A stretch of DNA of 57,405 nucleotides from Peribolospora baueri. Taxonomy: Eukaryota. How positions within the stretch are numbered: the stretch's first letter is position 1; each line of letters starts with the position of its first letter. Below are positions 25,793 through 36,962 of the stretch, piece by piece. The notes under the pieces are model-generated. The model ran no database searches and was not told where the DNA came from. It worked only from the letters and a program-made list of their open reading frames with translations. The DNA is taken from positions 248,001 through 305,405 of the forward strand of contig JAMDHS010000015.1 in the NCBI GenBank assembly GCA_029717555.1, in the 5' to 3' direction. The translations under genes were made by a program, and so were the position numbers.

Positions 25793-28700
25793 ATGTCCGC
25801 CGCCGACGTCGTGCTGCAGGCGAAGGAGGATCACTACAAAGAGCTCGGCCGCGATGGGTCTGCGAAGCAGATGGCGGAGACCGACGGCCACCAAGACGCA
25901 GCTGTGAGCGAGGGCAGAGACGAGCAGTTACAACAGATGGCTTCGGCCGGGGAAGCGGCGCAAGCGCGGCGAGGTCGCGACGCCGGAGGCACGTCTCCAA
26001 GTCAAGCAACTCACCCCGGCCCGCGCTCGCCCCGCGCCGACATGGGCTCCGTCTCGGGAATAAGTCCCTTTGCTGCGCTCCACAATTTGCACGCGAACTC
26101 ACGGCGGTCCGCGCAGGAGGCGACCACTAACGGCCACGCCGGCGATCATCTCGCGACCAGCGCGACACAGAATTCTGTACCACCCGCTCAACGCCCAGCC
26201 AGCGCCGGGGGCTCGCCGGAGCGATTGCAGCAAGATGACGGACGAGCAGAGCACGGGGCCGGTCAGCCGCCGAAAGGGTTGCCCTCCCATCCGTCCTCTC
26301 CCATGGCCGGACCGTCCGCCTCGCGACCACTTCCGAATGGGCTCCGTCGAAGATCGATGACGGTGGACAACTCCGGTCTGCGCTTGGTCATCGGATCCGA
26401 ACAATCTGCCCTAGACAGCCCCGGGGCCCCACAACCCCGTAAGACGAGATTCGCTGAAGATCCGCGAGGTCTTCGAAGCGTGTTCGAAGACGGTGATGGT
26501 GAGAGCGACGGCGCCGGCGGCGGGACACGGCCACCTCTGATCTCGCCCAAGAGCTCTGGGCTGTGGCCGAAGAGCCCCACCTCGGCTGCGGCGGCCAAGT
26601 GGGGGAGCCTGAGCAGCAAGCTCTTGGGTGGAGGAGGGAGCAGTGATGGTCGACAGGGCAGCGGAGACGATGAAGGCGAAGCGGGGAGAGACGAGGATGG
26701 CAGAGATGTTTCCTCCCCAACTGGGAAGGGCAAAGGGCGCATTCTCGAGCGCGCTGCGAGCGCATTCATGTCTACCGGCAAGGCGACCGGAGGAGCCAGT
26801 GAGGTCGCTTCTCAGACGCCGGTGCGTGAAACCAGTGCAATGGGATCGAGTGAGCCTTCGCCGCTGCCGGCGGGCGCCGCCGCCTCGGCCAAGTGGAACG
26901 CTCTCAAACGTCGCCTCCAGGCGGGACGTCCGCGCGCAGAGACGGTACCGACGAAGTCGCGCGCGTCGCACATGGACCTTACCCGCGAGCTGCAGACCGG
27001 CATCCTCCCCGTCCTGCTACTCAAGCTTTCCTTTGAGCGGGACGAGCAGAATCACCGTCGGATCCCTGTGCTGCTCAACCACCTTAAGCTCCGTGTGTCC
27101 GACAGCATCAACCCACTCCACAACACCCACGCGGGCTTCCGCATCGAGCTCGAGTACGGAGACGGCCTCGTCAAGTGGGTCATTTACCGCGAACTAAGGG
27201 ATTTCATCAACCTCCACGCCCACTACCGCGTCGCCGCGTTGTCCGGCTATCTCGGTCGTCGAAGCGGCGGCGGAGGGGAGGGAGAGGTGGCCCTGCCAGA
27301 GTTTCCAAAGACGAGTCTGCCATACTGGAACTTGCTCAAGAGGGAAGGAAGGGAGGTGGGCCGTGCCGAGTTCGCCAAGATGCAGAGGGACCAATTGGAA
27401 AACTACATTATTCAGCTCATTCGGACGACGGTGAGCAGGCATATGTCGACATGACTGCACACTCTCTCCATTTCATTAAGCGCGAGTCGTGGATCTGATG
27501 TCGTTTCACTCTCCTTCACAGATGTTCCGCGCCGAAGCGAACCGACTCTGCAAGTTTTTCGAGATTTCCGCGCTCTCCGTCGCGTTAGCCGCAAGAGGTG
27601 GGTACCAGGGCAAGCAAGGTTACCTCCGCATCCTGAGCCGAAGCTCGTACAAGAACCGTCAGCCTGGCATCATGAACTGGAAGAGGGCTAGGGATCCCAA
27701 GTGGTTTGTCGTCAGGGAAAGCTATATCGTCGCCGTCGACGAGGCGGACCAAGTGAGTTGGGACGGGCGTGTCAAAGGGTCATTGTGGTGATTGGAGTCA
27801 TGGATTGATTTGCCAACGGGCCGTCATCCCTCATGTCATCTCGTAGCTTCAGATCCACGACGTCTTCTTGATGGACGGCGACTTCACCCTTGAGCGGCCG
27901 AAACGACTTCACAAGCAGGCTGGATCTCTTTTCCACTTCCACGAGCACAAGGGCTCAAGCGGCTCTGCCTCTGGGGAGGGCAAGTCCGATCTGAGTGGCG
28001 CACCGGAGAAGAGCGATGGGAGAGATCGCTCTCAGGGCGAAAAGAAGGGTATAGGCAACGATGACGGTCACGGGCACCGGAAGAGTGGCAGTGGTATCGA
28101 TACCAGTTTTCTCACACAGGGCGCTTTGAGGGATCCACCGCTGGACGATAACAAGGCGACATCGGACGATCCCAACAAGCCTTCTTCCAACAAGGAAAAG
28201 GATAGGAAAAAGAAGAAAAAGCACGTTGCCAGGACGGGCGCGCCTTCGGGCCACTCCCCTCCGGAGCAGCGCCGGGATGTGTCGAGCCACACGTTCTACG
28301 TTAAGAACGCGGAGCGCAAGCTTAAACTGGTAGCCAGGAACGAGAGGCAGATGGACCAATTCATCGCCTCGATCGAGAGAGTGGCCGCGAGGAACATCTG
28401 GAGCGGCTCGAATAGGTTCGGCAGTTTTGCGCCCATCAGGCTCAATTGCGCCGCACAGTGGTTGGTCGATGGTGTGAGTAGATTGCTCTCTTGGCCAGAC
28501 CGGAGCGCTTTTTCGGACCACCCGAGCATACGTTGCTGGGTGGCATTGGAGGTTCGAAACGGTTTCCTTCTCTGAACCCTGTGTTGATGCTTATTGCTGT
28601 GTCTGCCATCGATGAAGCGCGACTACTTCTGGAATCTGAGCAGAGCTCTGCTCATGGCCAAGGTGAGCGTCCGTCTCTCTCATTGAAGTCCTACACAAGA

Positions 28701-31700
28701 TCCACATGCCGATTTCACTGACCCAGTGACCGTTTCCTTCTGTAACCTTTTAGGATCGCATCTACATCCATGACTGGTGAGTATATAGAGTTCCGGATGG
28801 ACTTGGCGTCTCTCCATGTATGGCTGACGTCTTCGATGCATGTTTTCTGCCTCAGGTGGCTTTCTCCGGAACTGGTAAGAGGACATGCCGTCGTCAATCC
28901 TGTGCCTGGGACGCAATACACGTCGGAGTTGCTTAGTCGCTGGCACACTGTCTCGTCTGGACGCAGTATCTTCGTCGACCGGGCACGCCCAAATACCGCC
29001 TCGATAACATTCTTCAACAAAAGGCCTCGGAAGGCATCAAGATCTTCGTCATTATCGTGAGCATGCCTCATAACACCGTCGATGTTCCTTTCGCTTGCTC
29101 ACCTTTTCCCTTCCGCACCGACACTGTCGGGCAGTATAACGAAGTCTCCAATAATTTTACGCCCACTGACTCAAACTATGCCAAACAGCGTCTTATCAAT
29201 CTCCATCATAACATTTACGTGCAACGCTCGCCGTCCCACTTCCAGACGGGCACATTTTACTGGGCACACGTAAGTCCTCGACCGCCACATTCAGGTGGAG
29301 AGCCAAGTCGCTGCGTCCTGGTTGGGTTAACTGGGGTTATCGAGAGCTGAAGATATTTCCTTCTCTCACGTATGTCGTTGCCGGCTATTCAGCACGAGAA
29401 ACTCTGCGTCATCGACGAGACTATCGCCTTCATGGGTGGGCTCGACTTGTGCTTCGGCCGGTGGGACACGTCTCAACACGTGCTCATCGATGACGAGGAG
29501 TTCGATCGCGAGGAGGGCAACCGGCAGCACGTCGACGTCCCCGCGGACGAGATCGGCGGGCAGGTCCTCGCCAGACCCAAGCACGGCAAGGAGAAGTTCA
29601 TCTGGCCCGGGAAGGACTACGCTAACGAACGGGTGCTCGAATGGCACACGCTTCACAAGCCGGAGCAGGATCTCATGGACAGGAGCAAATATCCGAGAAT
29701 GCCTTGGTGAGACGCTTTGGTCTATGTCACCTTGCGCCGCTGGCGACCTCCATCGGTTTTGGACTGTTTTCATGAACGGAATCCTTGATTTGTCGCAGGC
29801 ACGACGTCGGTCTCCAACTCGTGGGCCAGCCAGCTCGAGATCTTTGTCGCCACTTCATCCAAAGGTAAGGCGACTGTGCAGCTACGCGGAGCGGACTTCT
29901 TTGAGATCTCACGCGAGAACTACGGCTCTTTCTGGATTTTCGCTCCATTAGATGGAATTACTTGCTGCGCATCAAGAATCACTCGCGCTTGATGCCCTTT
30001 CTACTACCGCCTCCAGACTTCAGTCCTCGCGATCTAGCTAACTTGGGCCTGACTGGAACGTGCGAAGCGCAGATCTGCCGCTCCGCCGGACCCTGGTCTA
30101 TAGGCACCCAAAACAAGGTGGAGCGTTCGATCCAGAACGCCTACCTCAAAGCGATCCAACGGAGCGAGCACTTCGTGTACATTGGTGCGTCATATTGATG
30201 GCGTTCAAGCGGGATGGGAAGTTGCCTTTTGATCACCAATCTCGGTTTTACGTATTTGACAGAGAATCAATTCTTTGTGACGTCGACGGTGTGCGAGGGC
30301 GTAGTCATCGAGAACAAGATTGGCGAGGCACTTGTGGACCGCATCATCACTGCTCATCGGGAGGGTACGCCATGGAGGTAGGTTGAGGCACGCGTGCGCA
30401 TCGGTCCACATGTCTTCATTCGCATGCTCATGGCTCGTTCTTTCAGGGCGATTATCGTCATCCCTTTGACCCCAGGGTTTCCCCTGCCAGTGGACCATCC
30501 AGATGCGAGCTCTGTGCGTTTGATCGTAGACCTTCAGAGCCGCTCCATCTGTCGAGGCGAGCACTCCATCTTTGCAAAGCTACGGCGCGAGGGTATCGAC
30601 CCGGACGAGTACATCAACTTCTTCTCGCTCCGCAATTGGGGCAAGTTGAAAGGCAATGTGCTCACCACCGAGCAGGTATACGTTCACGGCAAGGTACGTT
30701 CGGCAGTCAGTCTCTTAATGCCGCTCTCTGCTCAGATCGGGGTTCAAATTTTCTGTACGAACGCTCAGACGATGGTCGTGGACGATCGGCTCGTCCTCAT
30801 CGGCTCGGCCAATATCAACGAGCGCTCTCAACGTGGAGACCGCGACTCTGAGCTCGCATGCATCATTCGCGACACAGACATGATCGACAGCAGAATGGCG
30901 GGTCAGCCTTATCGGGTCGGTCGCTTCGCGCACACCCTTCGCGTACGGCTCATGCGCGAACATCTCGGTCTTGACGTGGATGTGCTAGAAGATGAGGAGG
31001 CCAATATGGACATGCTCAACAGGCATCCGGAGCAGCAGCTTGAGGAAGAGGCCGCTTGGGACCCTCTCGGTGAACAGTCCAAGTTGGAGGAGTCCGGCGA
31101 TGGGATCACGCGCATCCATCATCGGAACGCCAACGCCGAAGCGCACCGCATGGTCGCCGACGGGGTTGGCCATGTCGTCAGAGGCGCCGGCAGAATCGTT
31201 GGCGACGGCGCTGAACGCAAGGCGCTTCAGATCGACGATGCGATCCATCAGCTCGGCTCCAACATCTCCAGTAAAGGCGATGATAATAACTCGGCAAGGG
31301 GACATGAAGACTCGGAAGCCGAAAGGATTCGTGCGACGAGCACTGACGGGAGCGGGAATCGAGAGGCTGGTTTCGATGGCACAGTAATCCGGACTCTGGA
31401 GGAGAAGGTCATTGGAGAAAACCGCCCGGTCAACCAGGCTGCCCCTCTCGGCACTAAGGCACGCGACATCGAATTGGACAAGAGGCAAGTTCCCAGTCCC
31501 AGGCCGGCTCATCAGAGCGAGTCGCACGACGGTGCAGACGCGGCTGGTCTCGACAAGCGGAGAGACATGGACGGCCTCGCAAAGACTGAGAACCGGACGA
31601 CGACCCAAGGTAACGGCTCCAACGCCATCAACGAGAAGACGATGCGCTCCCTCGGCCCGGATGACGAAGCTGAATATCATCGACAAGCTGCAGCAACGGC

Positions 31701-32647
31701 TAGTGACAGGCCACCGAAAGGCAAGGTGGCTCATGTTAAGGATGAGGAACCGGAAGATGACGAGCGAAAGGGGAGCCACAGTACGCAGCAGAAGTCTTCC
31801 GTAGACGAGGTCGGCGATCTCGCCTCGTCGGCTACGACCCGGCGCATGGATAACGCGTCACACCAGAGGAATCGCAGCACGTCCAAAGCGACTCACATAA
31901 GCGGCAGCAACACGTCGCATGATGACTTACGGCGAAAGATGTCGAACAAAATGTCCATTAATCCGTGGGCGGCCCCTGCCGACGCACCGGTCATTGAACC
32001 TCACGCTTTTGCAGATCCGCTCGTAGACGAATTCTTCAAGGTGCGTACGTGGAGAAGGCGTAGAGTGTTCTCCCAAATTCAGGAGCATAGACGTTCAGCC
32101 GGCTCACACCACTGTCTCCCTTCAGGACATGTGGATGGCGTCTGCGGTGCACAATACCCAAATTTTCCGGAAAGTCTTCAAGTGCGTACCCGACGATACG
32201 GTGACGACTTGGCAAGAGTACAAAGTCTTTCAGGCATGGTCCGAGCGCCTGGCTCGCTCGGGCGCTCGAGACTCGTCAGAGCTCAGAAGCAGCCGTCGTC
32301 CTAGCAGGGCCGGTGGCCCGTCTGGGACTGGCGACGGCGTGGCTGGTGATACCGAGCACGTTAATGCGGAAGTTCAATCCGAATCGACCGGAGCGCGTGC
32401 CAGAAGGCCGAGTGAGGCTGCCACTCAAGCGCCCGGCGGTAACCTGAAGAACTCGGTAGCGCAGCCGCCGAAGCCGGGCCAAGATGACGGCTTTTCAGCC
32501 AACGAGCTTGACCAAATGGAGGCGCTTCTCTACGAGCTCAGAGGCAACCTCGTCATTCATCCTCTTCGCTTCCTCGAGGCCGAAGATTTTACTGGCAACT
32601 TCAAATACCCGCTGGATCGTATCCAGCCTATGCCGATCTACGACTAG
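25793..32647 (+). CDS. SPO14: Phospholipase D1 (PX-PH plus two HKD motifs), many exons including 23- and 19-nt micro-exons
   Basis: PX region FRIELEYG...KWVIYRELRDF, NRFGSFAPIR, WLVDG|RDYFW, IYIHDW|WLSPEL, WAH|HEKLCVID...GGLDLCFGRWD, RMPWHD and EQVYVHGK|TMVVDDR...GSANINERSQRGDRDSE. Confidence 0.95.
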
Positions 32648-33045
32648 AAGACATTCCTTGCCCTTCCGTATTTTTCGAGACCTGATTATCAACAGACACT
32701 TCCACTCCTTGACATGTCTTTATCTTTTTCTTCCTCCTGTGGTCATTCCTTTCTGTCATCTGCCACTGTGATTTATCGCTGTTCGAATATGTATACCAAA
32801 GCGGACGTCCTCGGATACCACTCTGGCTCAAGTTGCAATGGAGTGCTCCTGGGCCCAGCTATATAAAGACAGCAAGCAAGGATACGACATGGTGACCTCT
32901 GTTCAGCGTTCAAACAGTAAACAGAGACACAATGATCGAATTTCCCTAAATCTACCCATCTCGATAGTAGCGTCCCTCCGACCCGGTTGTCTGGTCGATG
33001 TCATTCCAATGAAACTCGAGCCGCCAGCGGACCCAAAAGACGTCC

Positions 33046-35616
33046 TCATTCTGGCAGTAACGAAAAGTGAGAGGAAGAGAGGTTGGATCAATGAAGGAGC
33101 GGAATGGAAAGCTGAAGGTAACAACTCACTCGTGAAGATGGATACCACGTCATCCTAGCGAAGCAGAAACGGCAAGAAACCGACGATGCGACCATGAGCC
33201 AAACAGTCAGCGGTGGGAATGTTTCTCCTGGCCCATAAATGAGACTTGACCTACGCTCGCGACGACATGGTTGAGGCCAACTTTTTGTGCTCCCGGAAAC
33301 TTCGAGCTCTTTCCGTAGACGAGCGCATACTTAAACTGGTCCGCCAACGAGCGGTGGATGGAGTGGCACTGAGGACGGGCGGAGAAAAAAAAGAAATGCA
33401 AGTGAGATGAAGTGACGCGAGAACAGAAGACTTAAGAGGGACTGGCGGTAGCGGGGAAGGAAACGCACGACATGCTCGATGGTAGCTCCTTTGCGCACGA
33501 CCAGCGGGTCATGTAAGTCGGGATGCTCCCCCCGCTTCTTTGTATATACGCGGTTCATGTCAAGCTCGGTCTGCAGAAGGGCAAGCACCAAGAAAGAAAT
33601 TTTAAGTAATGATGACGTTATTCAAAGAGGACAGAACCTTCCGACTTGTCTCGTACCTACCCAGATACGTTCAAGCAAGTAGTCGAGGTTCAAGCTGAGC
33701 TCGCAGGAGATCACGACAGATTTGGGTTGTCGCGCCAGCTGGTCCACCTGCTCAAGACTGCACGACAGACAGCGCTTGCGATGTCAGTGGAGGGAATCGG
33801 ACAGTCAAATAGTAAGATGCACGTCGGACGCGCACCTGATTGAGTCGATCTTATTGTAGCAGTAGAGCGCCGGGATGTATTTGCGATTACCTATGTGCGA
33901 GCGAAACAGTCAGAGAATGATCCTGACAGCACTGTGCGCTGACCGACGATAGAATATGAATTCAACACACCGATCAATACGTCGATGAACTGATCGACGG
34001 TCACATCCTCCCTTAGCATGACGTCGCAGCTAAGAGTAAGGAGCAACAGAGTGGACAAATGAGTCAAATCGCATTGGTATGAGTGATCCAGTGTGACACA
34101 CTACCCACTTGTGGATCTTGTAATTCTGCAAGATTTGTCGGATCATCTTCTCGTCAATGTTCTTCAACGTCACGCCTTGACCCTTGGAAATGGTGATGCC
34201 TCCGGACACTTTCTTCTTGAACACGACTATGTAAGAAAAGGCGATTATACGGGACACACCCCATCAGAACAGCGCGAGAGGCGAATACCGCAGAAAACGG
34301 GTGACACTTTACCGTCCGGCCTTTCCTGGTTCAATCGAATGCCGACTTCCTCCAACTCGTGTTCCAAAAGCCCTCGCTGCTGCTCAGACTTTGTGGCGTC
34401 CATGAAGATCAATATCAAATCTGCCGTCTTGGCAACGGACACCACCTGTCTTCCTCGACCTCGGCCTTGCGAGGCGCCTTCGATGATTCCGGGCAAGTCG
34501 AGCAGCTAGCAAAGGTCAAGCGAGTCGAAATCAGCCGTAGATCCTTGAACGTCACGAAAAAGCTTCACCCGTACCTGTATGCGAGCACCTTCATATTCGA
34601 GGACTCCAGGAATGGCAGTCAACGTCGTGTACTCATATGCTGCCGTTGCACTAGCAGTGGCGGTGACCTGCGTGAGACAGAGGATACAAGTTCGCAAGCC
34701 TGCAGCGAGCGGTGGACAATAAGGAGGACGGCGTACATACCTTGTTCAGCAACGTCGATTTGCCGACCGACGGGAAGCCGATAAGCGCAACTCGAGCATC
34801 TGATGACGACAAAGAACAAGCGAACCGGGCAGTGAGCACAAAGGACGCCGCGCTCAATGGACTTTGTTATCTTCTCTTGATCACGCATACCCACCTCCAC
34901 TTTTCATAACCTGACATCGATGGGGCAGAAGCTGGCCGTTAGCAGGGAGACCATCGACCACTCGCAAGCCGTGCCGGTGGCGGCTAAAAGTGACTATACC
35001 CCACCGTGACTTGGAACCCAAGGTAGTGTCGGAGAGGGGAGAGTAGGGAGAAGGCAGCAAAAAACTCACATCAAATCCCTCTCCTGGTTTGCCTCCTTTG
35101 GTCGTAGGCTCGAGCAGCTGAGCTCGTAGCTTTGCCATCTTCGCCTTCAGCAAACCGAGGTGATACCTAACGAAAAGCGAGCGAGGCGTGGAGGAGAGAA
35201 AGACGACAAATGGTAAGAGTCAAATGGGACGCCAAAAGTTCCAAAAAAGCACTTTCAGGTACGCACTCCGTCGCCTGAAGGAAAGCACAGGCATCGCACG
35301 CCGAAGGGAATGGATTGTGAGCGTCCAGAGAGCAAACCATCGTTCGATCGTCCAGGGGCAGTGGATGGCGGACTCGCCTTGTTCTTCTGCGTCCTCGCCA
35401 TCTCCTCTGCAACCATTCGTACAGAAGGGAAAGACAATCACGAGTTCAATATGTAAATGGGCGACGGAGGCGAATGGACACCCACCCTCGATCTCTTTCT
35501 GCGCTCAACCGCCGGGACGTCGGACGAGGGGCACGGACAATGAGCTCGCAGATCTTCTCAACCGGAAAAAGACGCTCAAGGGACATTTAGCGCACCATCT
35601 TCTCCAAGACACCCAT
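33046..35616 (-). CDS. RBG2: Developmentally regulated GTP-binding protein DRG2, many short exons
   Basis: MGVLEK...[75 protein letters not shown] and TGS domain RVYTKKRG...QKVGLNH...DDVVSIFTK*. Confidence 0.93.
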
Positions 35617-36019
35617 ACTGGCAAGATTTCAAGCTGTGCGGTTTGCGACTTTCAAGATGTTTGGTGGGGATTTCTAGGTGATGGACAGGAACGACCTGCC
35701 GGCCTCGAGGGACAAGGGACGAGGTCGTGGTTGTTCTCGACACTTGCCGCAGCGATCACTGGACGAACCACCGTCGTTCCGGTCTTCGGACTTCCCATCT
35801 CAAGAGCAACAACACCAGGGAAAATCACATCGTTTCGACATGCAGCTGACTTTACAGAGGGCACGAGGAAGTAGATATCTAGCGATTTCATTGCACCACG
35901 ATAAAACGACGGTAAAGGCACATTGGTAACGCAAACGCAGAAGACTGTCGGGCCATGACCGTGAAAACACCTAGTCAGCTGGGACCGCTGGGGCGGTTCG
36001 CAAACATGGCCAACGCGCA

Positions 36020-36128
36020 CAGACGAGCACTCCGATAGCCGTTCTTAGTGTAATTGCTTTTCGGCATCGCCGTCAACGACGGCTCAGCATTAGCATGGTA
36101 ATAAAGTAATCTTCATTGTGCTCGTCTG
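36020..36128 (-). ncRNA. snR53: Box C/D snoRNA snR53-like (18S Am796 guide) with a second 18S guide
   Basis: 11-bp terminal stem CAGACGAGCAC/GTGCTCGTCTG and C box ATGAAGA. Guide CCATGCTAATG followed by D' CTGA, complementary to 18S CATTAGCATGG. Second guide ACTAAGAACGGCTAT followed by D box CGGA. Confidence 0.85.
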
Positions 36129-36275
36129 GACGTGCCCTGGGCCGTCCCGCCTGAAAGACAAATGCTCACCTCACCAGACCAACCCATCGCCAGTACAGCA
36201 TATGCCAGCAGAAATCTAGACGGACCAACAGCAGAAATGGTCAGCACAAACTCGTCGCTCTTCCAATTACTGCGT

Positions 36276-36365
36276 GCGATCAGTCAGCAGTTGAATCATG
36301 TCCGCATCGCCGAGTCTCAAATCGGCGTGAAGGAATTTGATGGTATCTTGTTGACATCATTTCAC
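36276..36365 (-). ncRNA. Box C/D snoRNA, predicted LSU guide equivalent to human SNORD5 (28S Cm2422)
   Basis: C box ATGATGT, D' CCGA, D box CTGA (36280-36283) and a short terminal stem. Guide TTCAACTGCTG is complementary to LSU CAGCAGTTGAA. Confidence 0.75.
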
Positions 36366-36518
36366 CGTGCATACCAAGACTCCGACTATTGATGCTCACC
36401 CACTATGACCAGACGAGGCACTTGATGACTTGCTACCTGACTAAAATAGTGAAAGAGAAAGATACCAACACGTTCAGTTTATTGCCCGGCGGGACGGGCG
36501 CAATCAGAAGAACGAACG

Positions 36519-36615
36519 CGGCGACGGCTCAGTGAATATTTAGGTTTGGCATATTTTGGTCGATCATCAGAGCGCAGATAGGGGCGACACGTTGGTCTCA
36601 TCGTAGCCGTCGCCG
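36519..36615 (-). ncRNA. snR67: Box C/D snoRNA snR67-like (LSU P-loop Gm2619 guide)
   Basis: 10-bp terminal stem CGGCGACGGC/GCCGTCGCCG, C box ACGATGA and D box CTGA. Guide GTGTCGCCCC is complementary to LSU GGGGCGGCAC (one G-U). It lies upstream of snR53, as in the yeast snR67-snR53 cluster. Confidence 0.75.
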
Positions 36616-36764
36616 TGTGCTCACATCGAAGGCGGATCAAACACTCACAATATATTTATTCACCAAACGTCGACAGTACTGTGGCATTAAGCAGGTGGCG
36701 TAGAAAAGGTCGATATCAGCTCTTCCACTGCATGCCAAACAATACTCGATCAAAACACCGAAGG

Positions 36765-36866
36765 GGCATCATGGTTAAAAAGCTCGTTTGTCAAAGATAG
36801 GTTTCCCCAAGGAGTGCAGGTTGTCACGCCCGCGTCGGGTGAAGAAATTTTTGATAATCATCTGCC
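36765..36866 (-). ncRNA. snR47: Box C/D snoRNA snR47 / U36 (25S Am2220 and 18S Am619 double guide)
   Basis: C box ATGATTA. Guide AATTTCTTCAC with D' CCGA (LSU GTGAAGAAATT), accessory CTTTGACA, guide ACGAGCTTTTTAAC (18S GTTAAAAAGCTCGT) with D box ATGA, and a GGCA/TGCC stem. Confidence 0.9.
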
Positions 36867-36962
36867 GGCAGAGAAAAAGACGATCGGGACTCACCATGCT
36901 CGGAACGGAAAGGGGATAATTAAGGTAAAAAGATCTCCCCGTGAAAAACGGGTTGAAAGTTG

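Larger units (their letters stand above)
35888..36897 (-). ncRNA. Spliced snoRNA host unit with four snoRNA-bearing introns (36894-36679, 36648-36441, 36399-36216, 36169-35945)
   Basis: Four GTGAGT/GTGAGC donors with branch-like CTGA motifs and YAG acceptors, separated by 30-, 41- and 46-nt exons. Each intron is about 180-225 nt, longer than typical introns here, and contains one C/D snoRNA. Transcript ends are unknown. Confidence 0.85.

Noticed and set aside
36519..36615. Calling the second snoRNA snR60
   Set aside because: It lacks the GCATAGTTCA (Am817) guide, the CGCCCC guide is in the D' position as in snR67, and it is clustered with snR53. The Gm908 match is reported as a possible second target instead.
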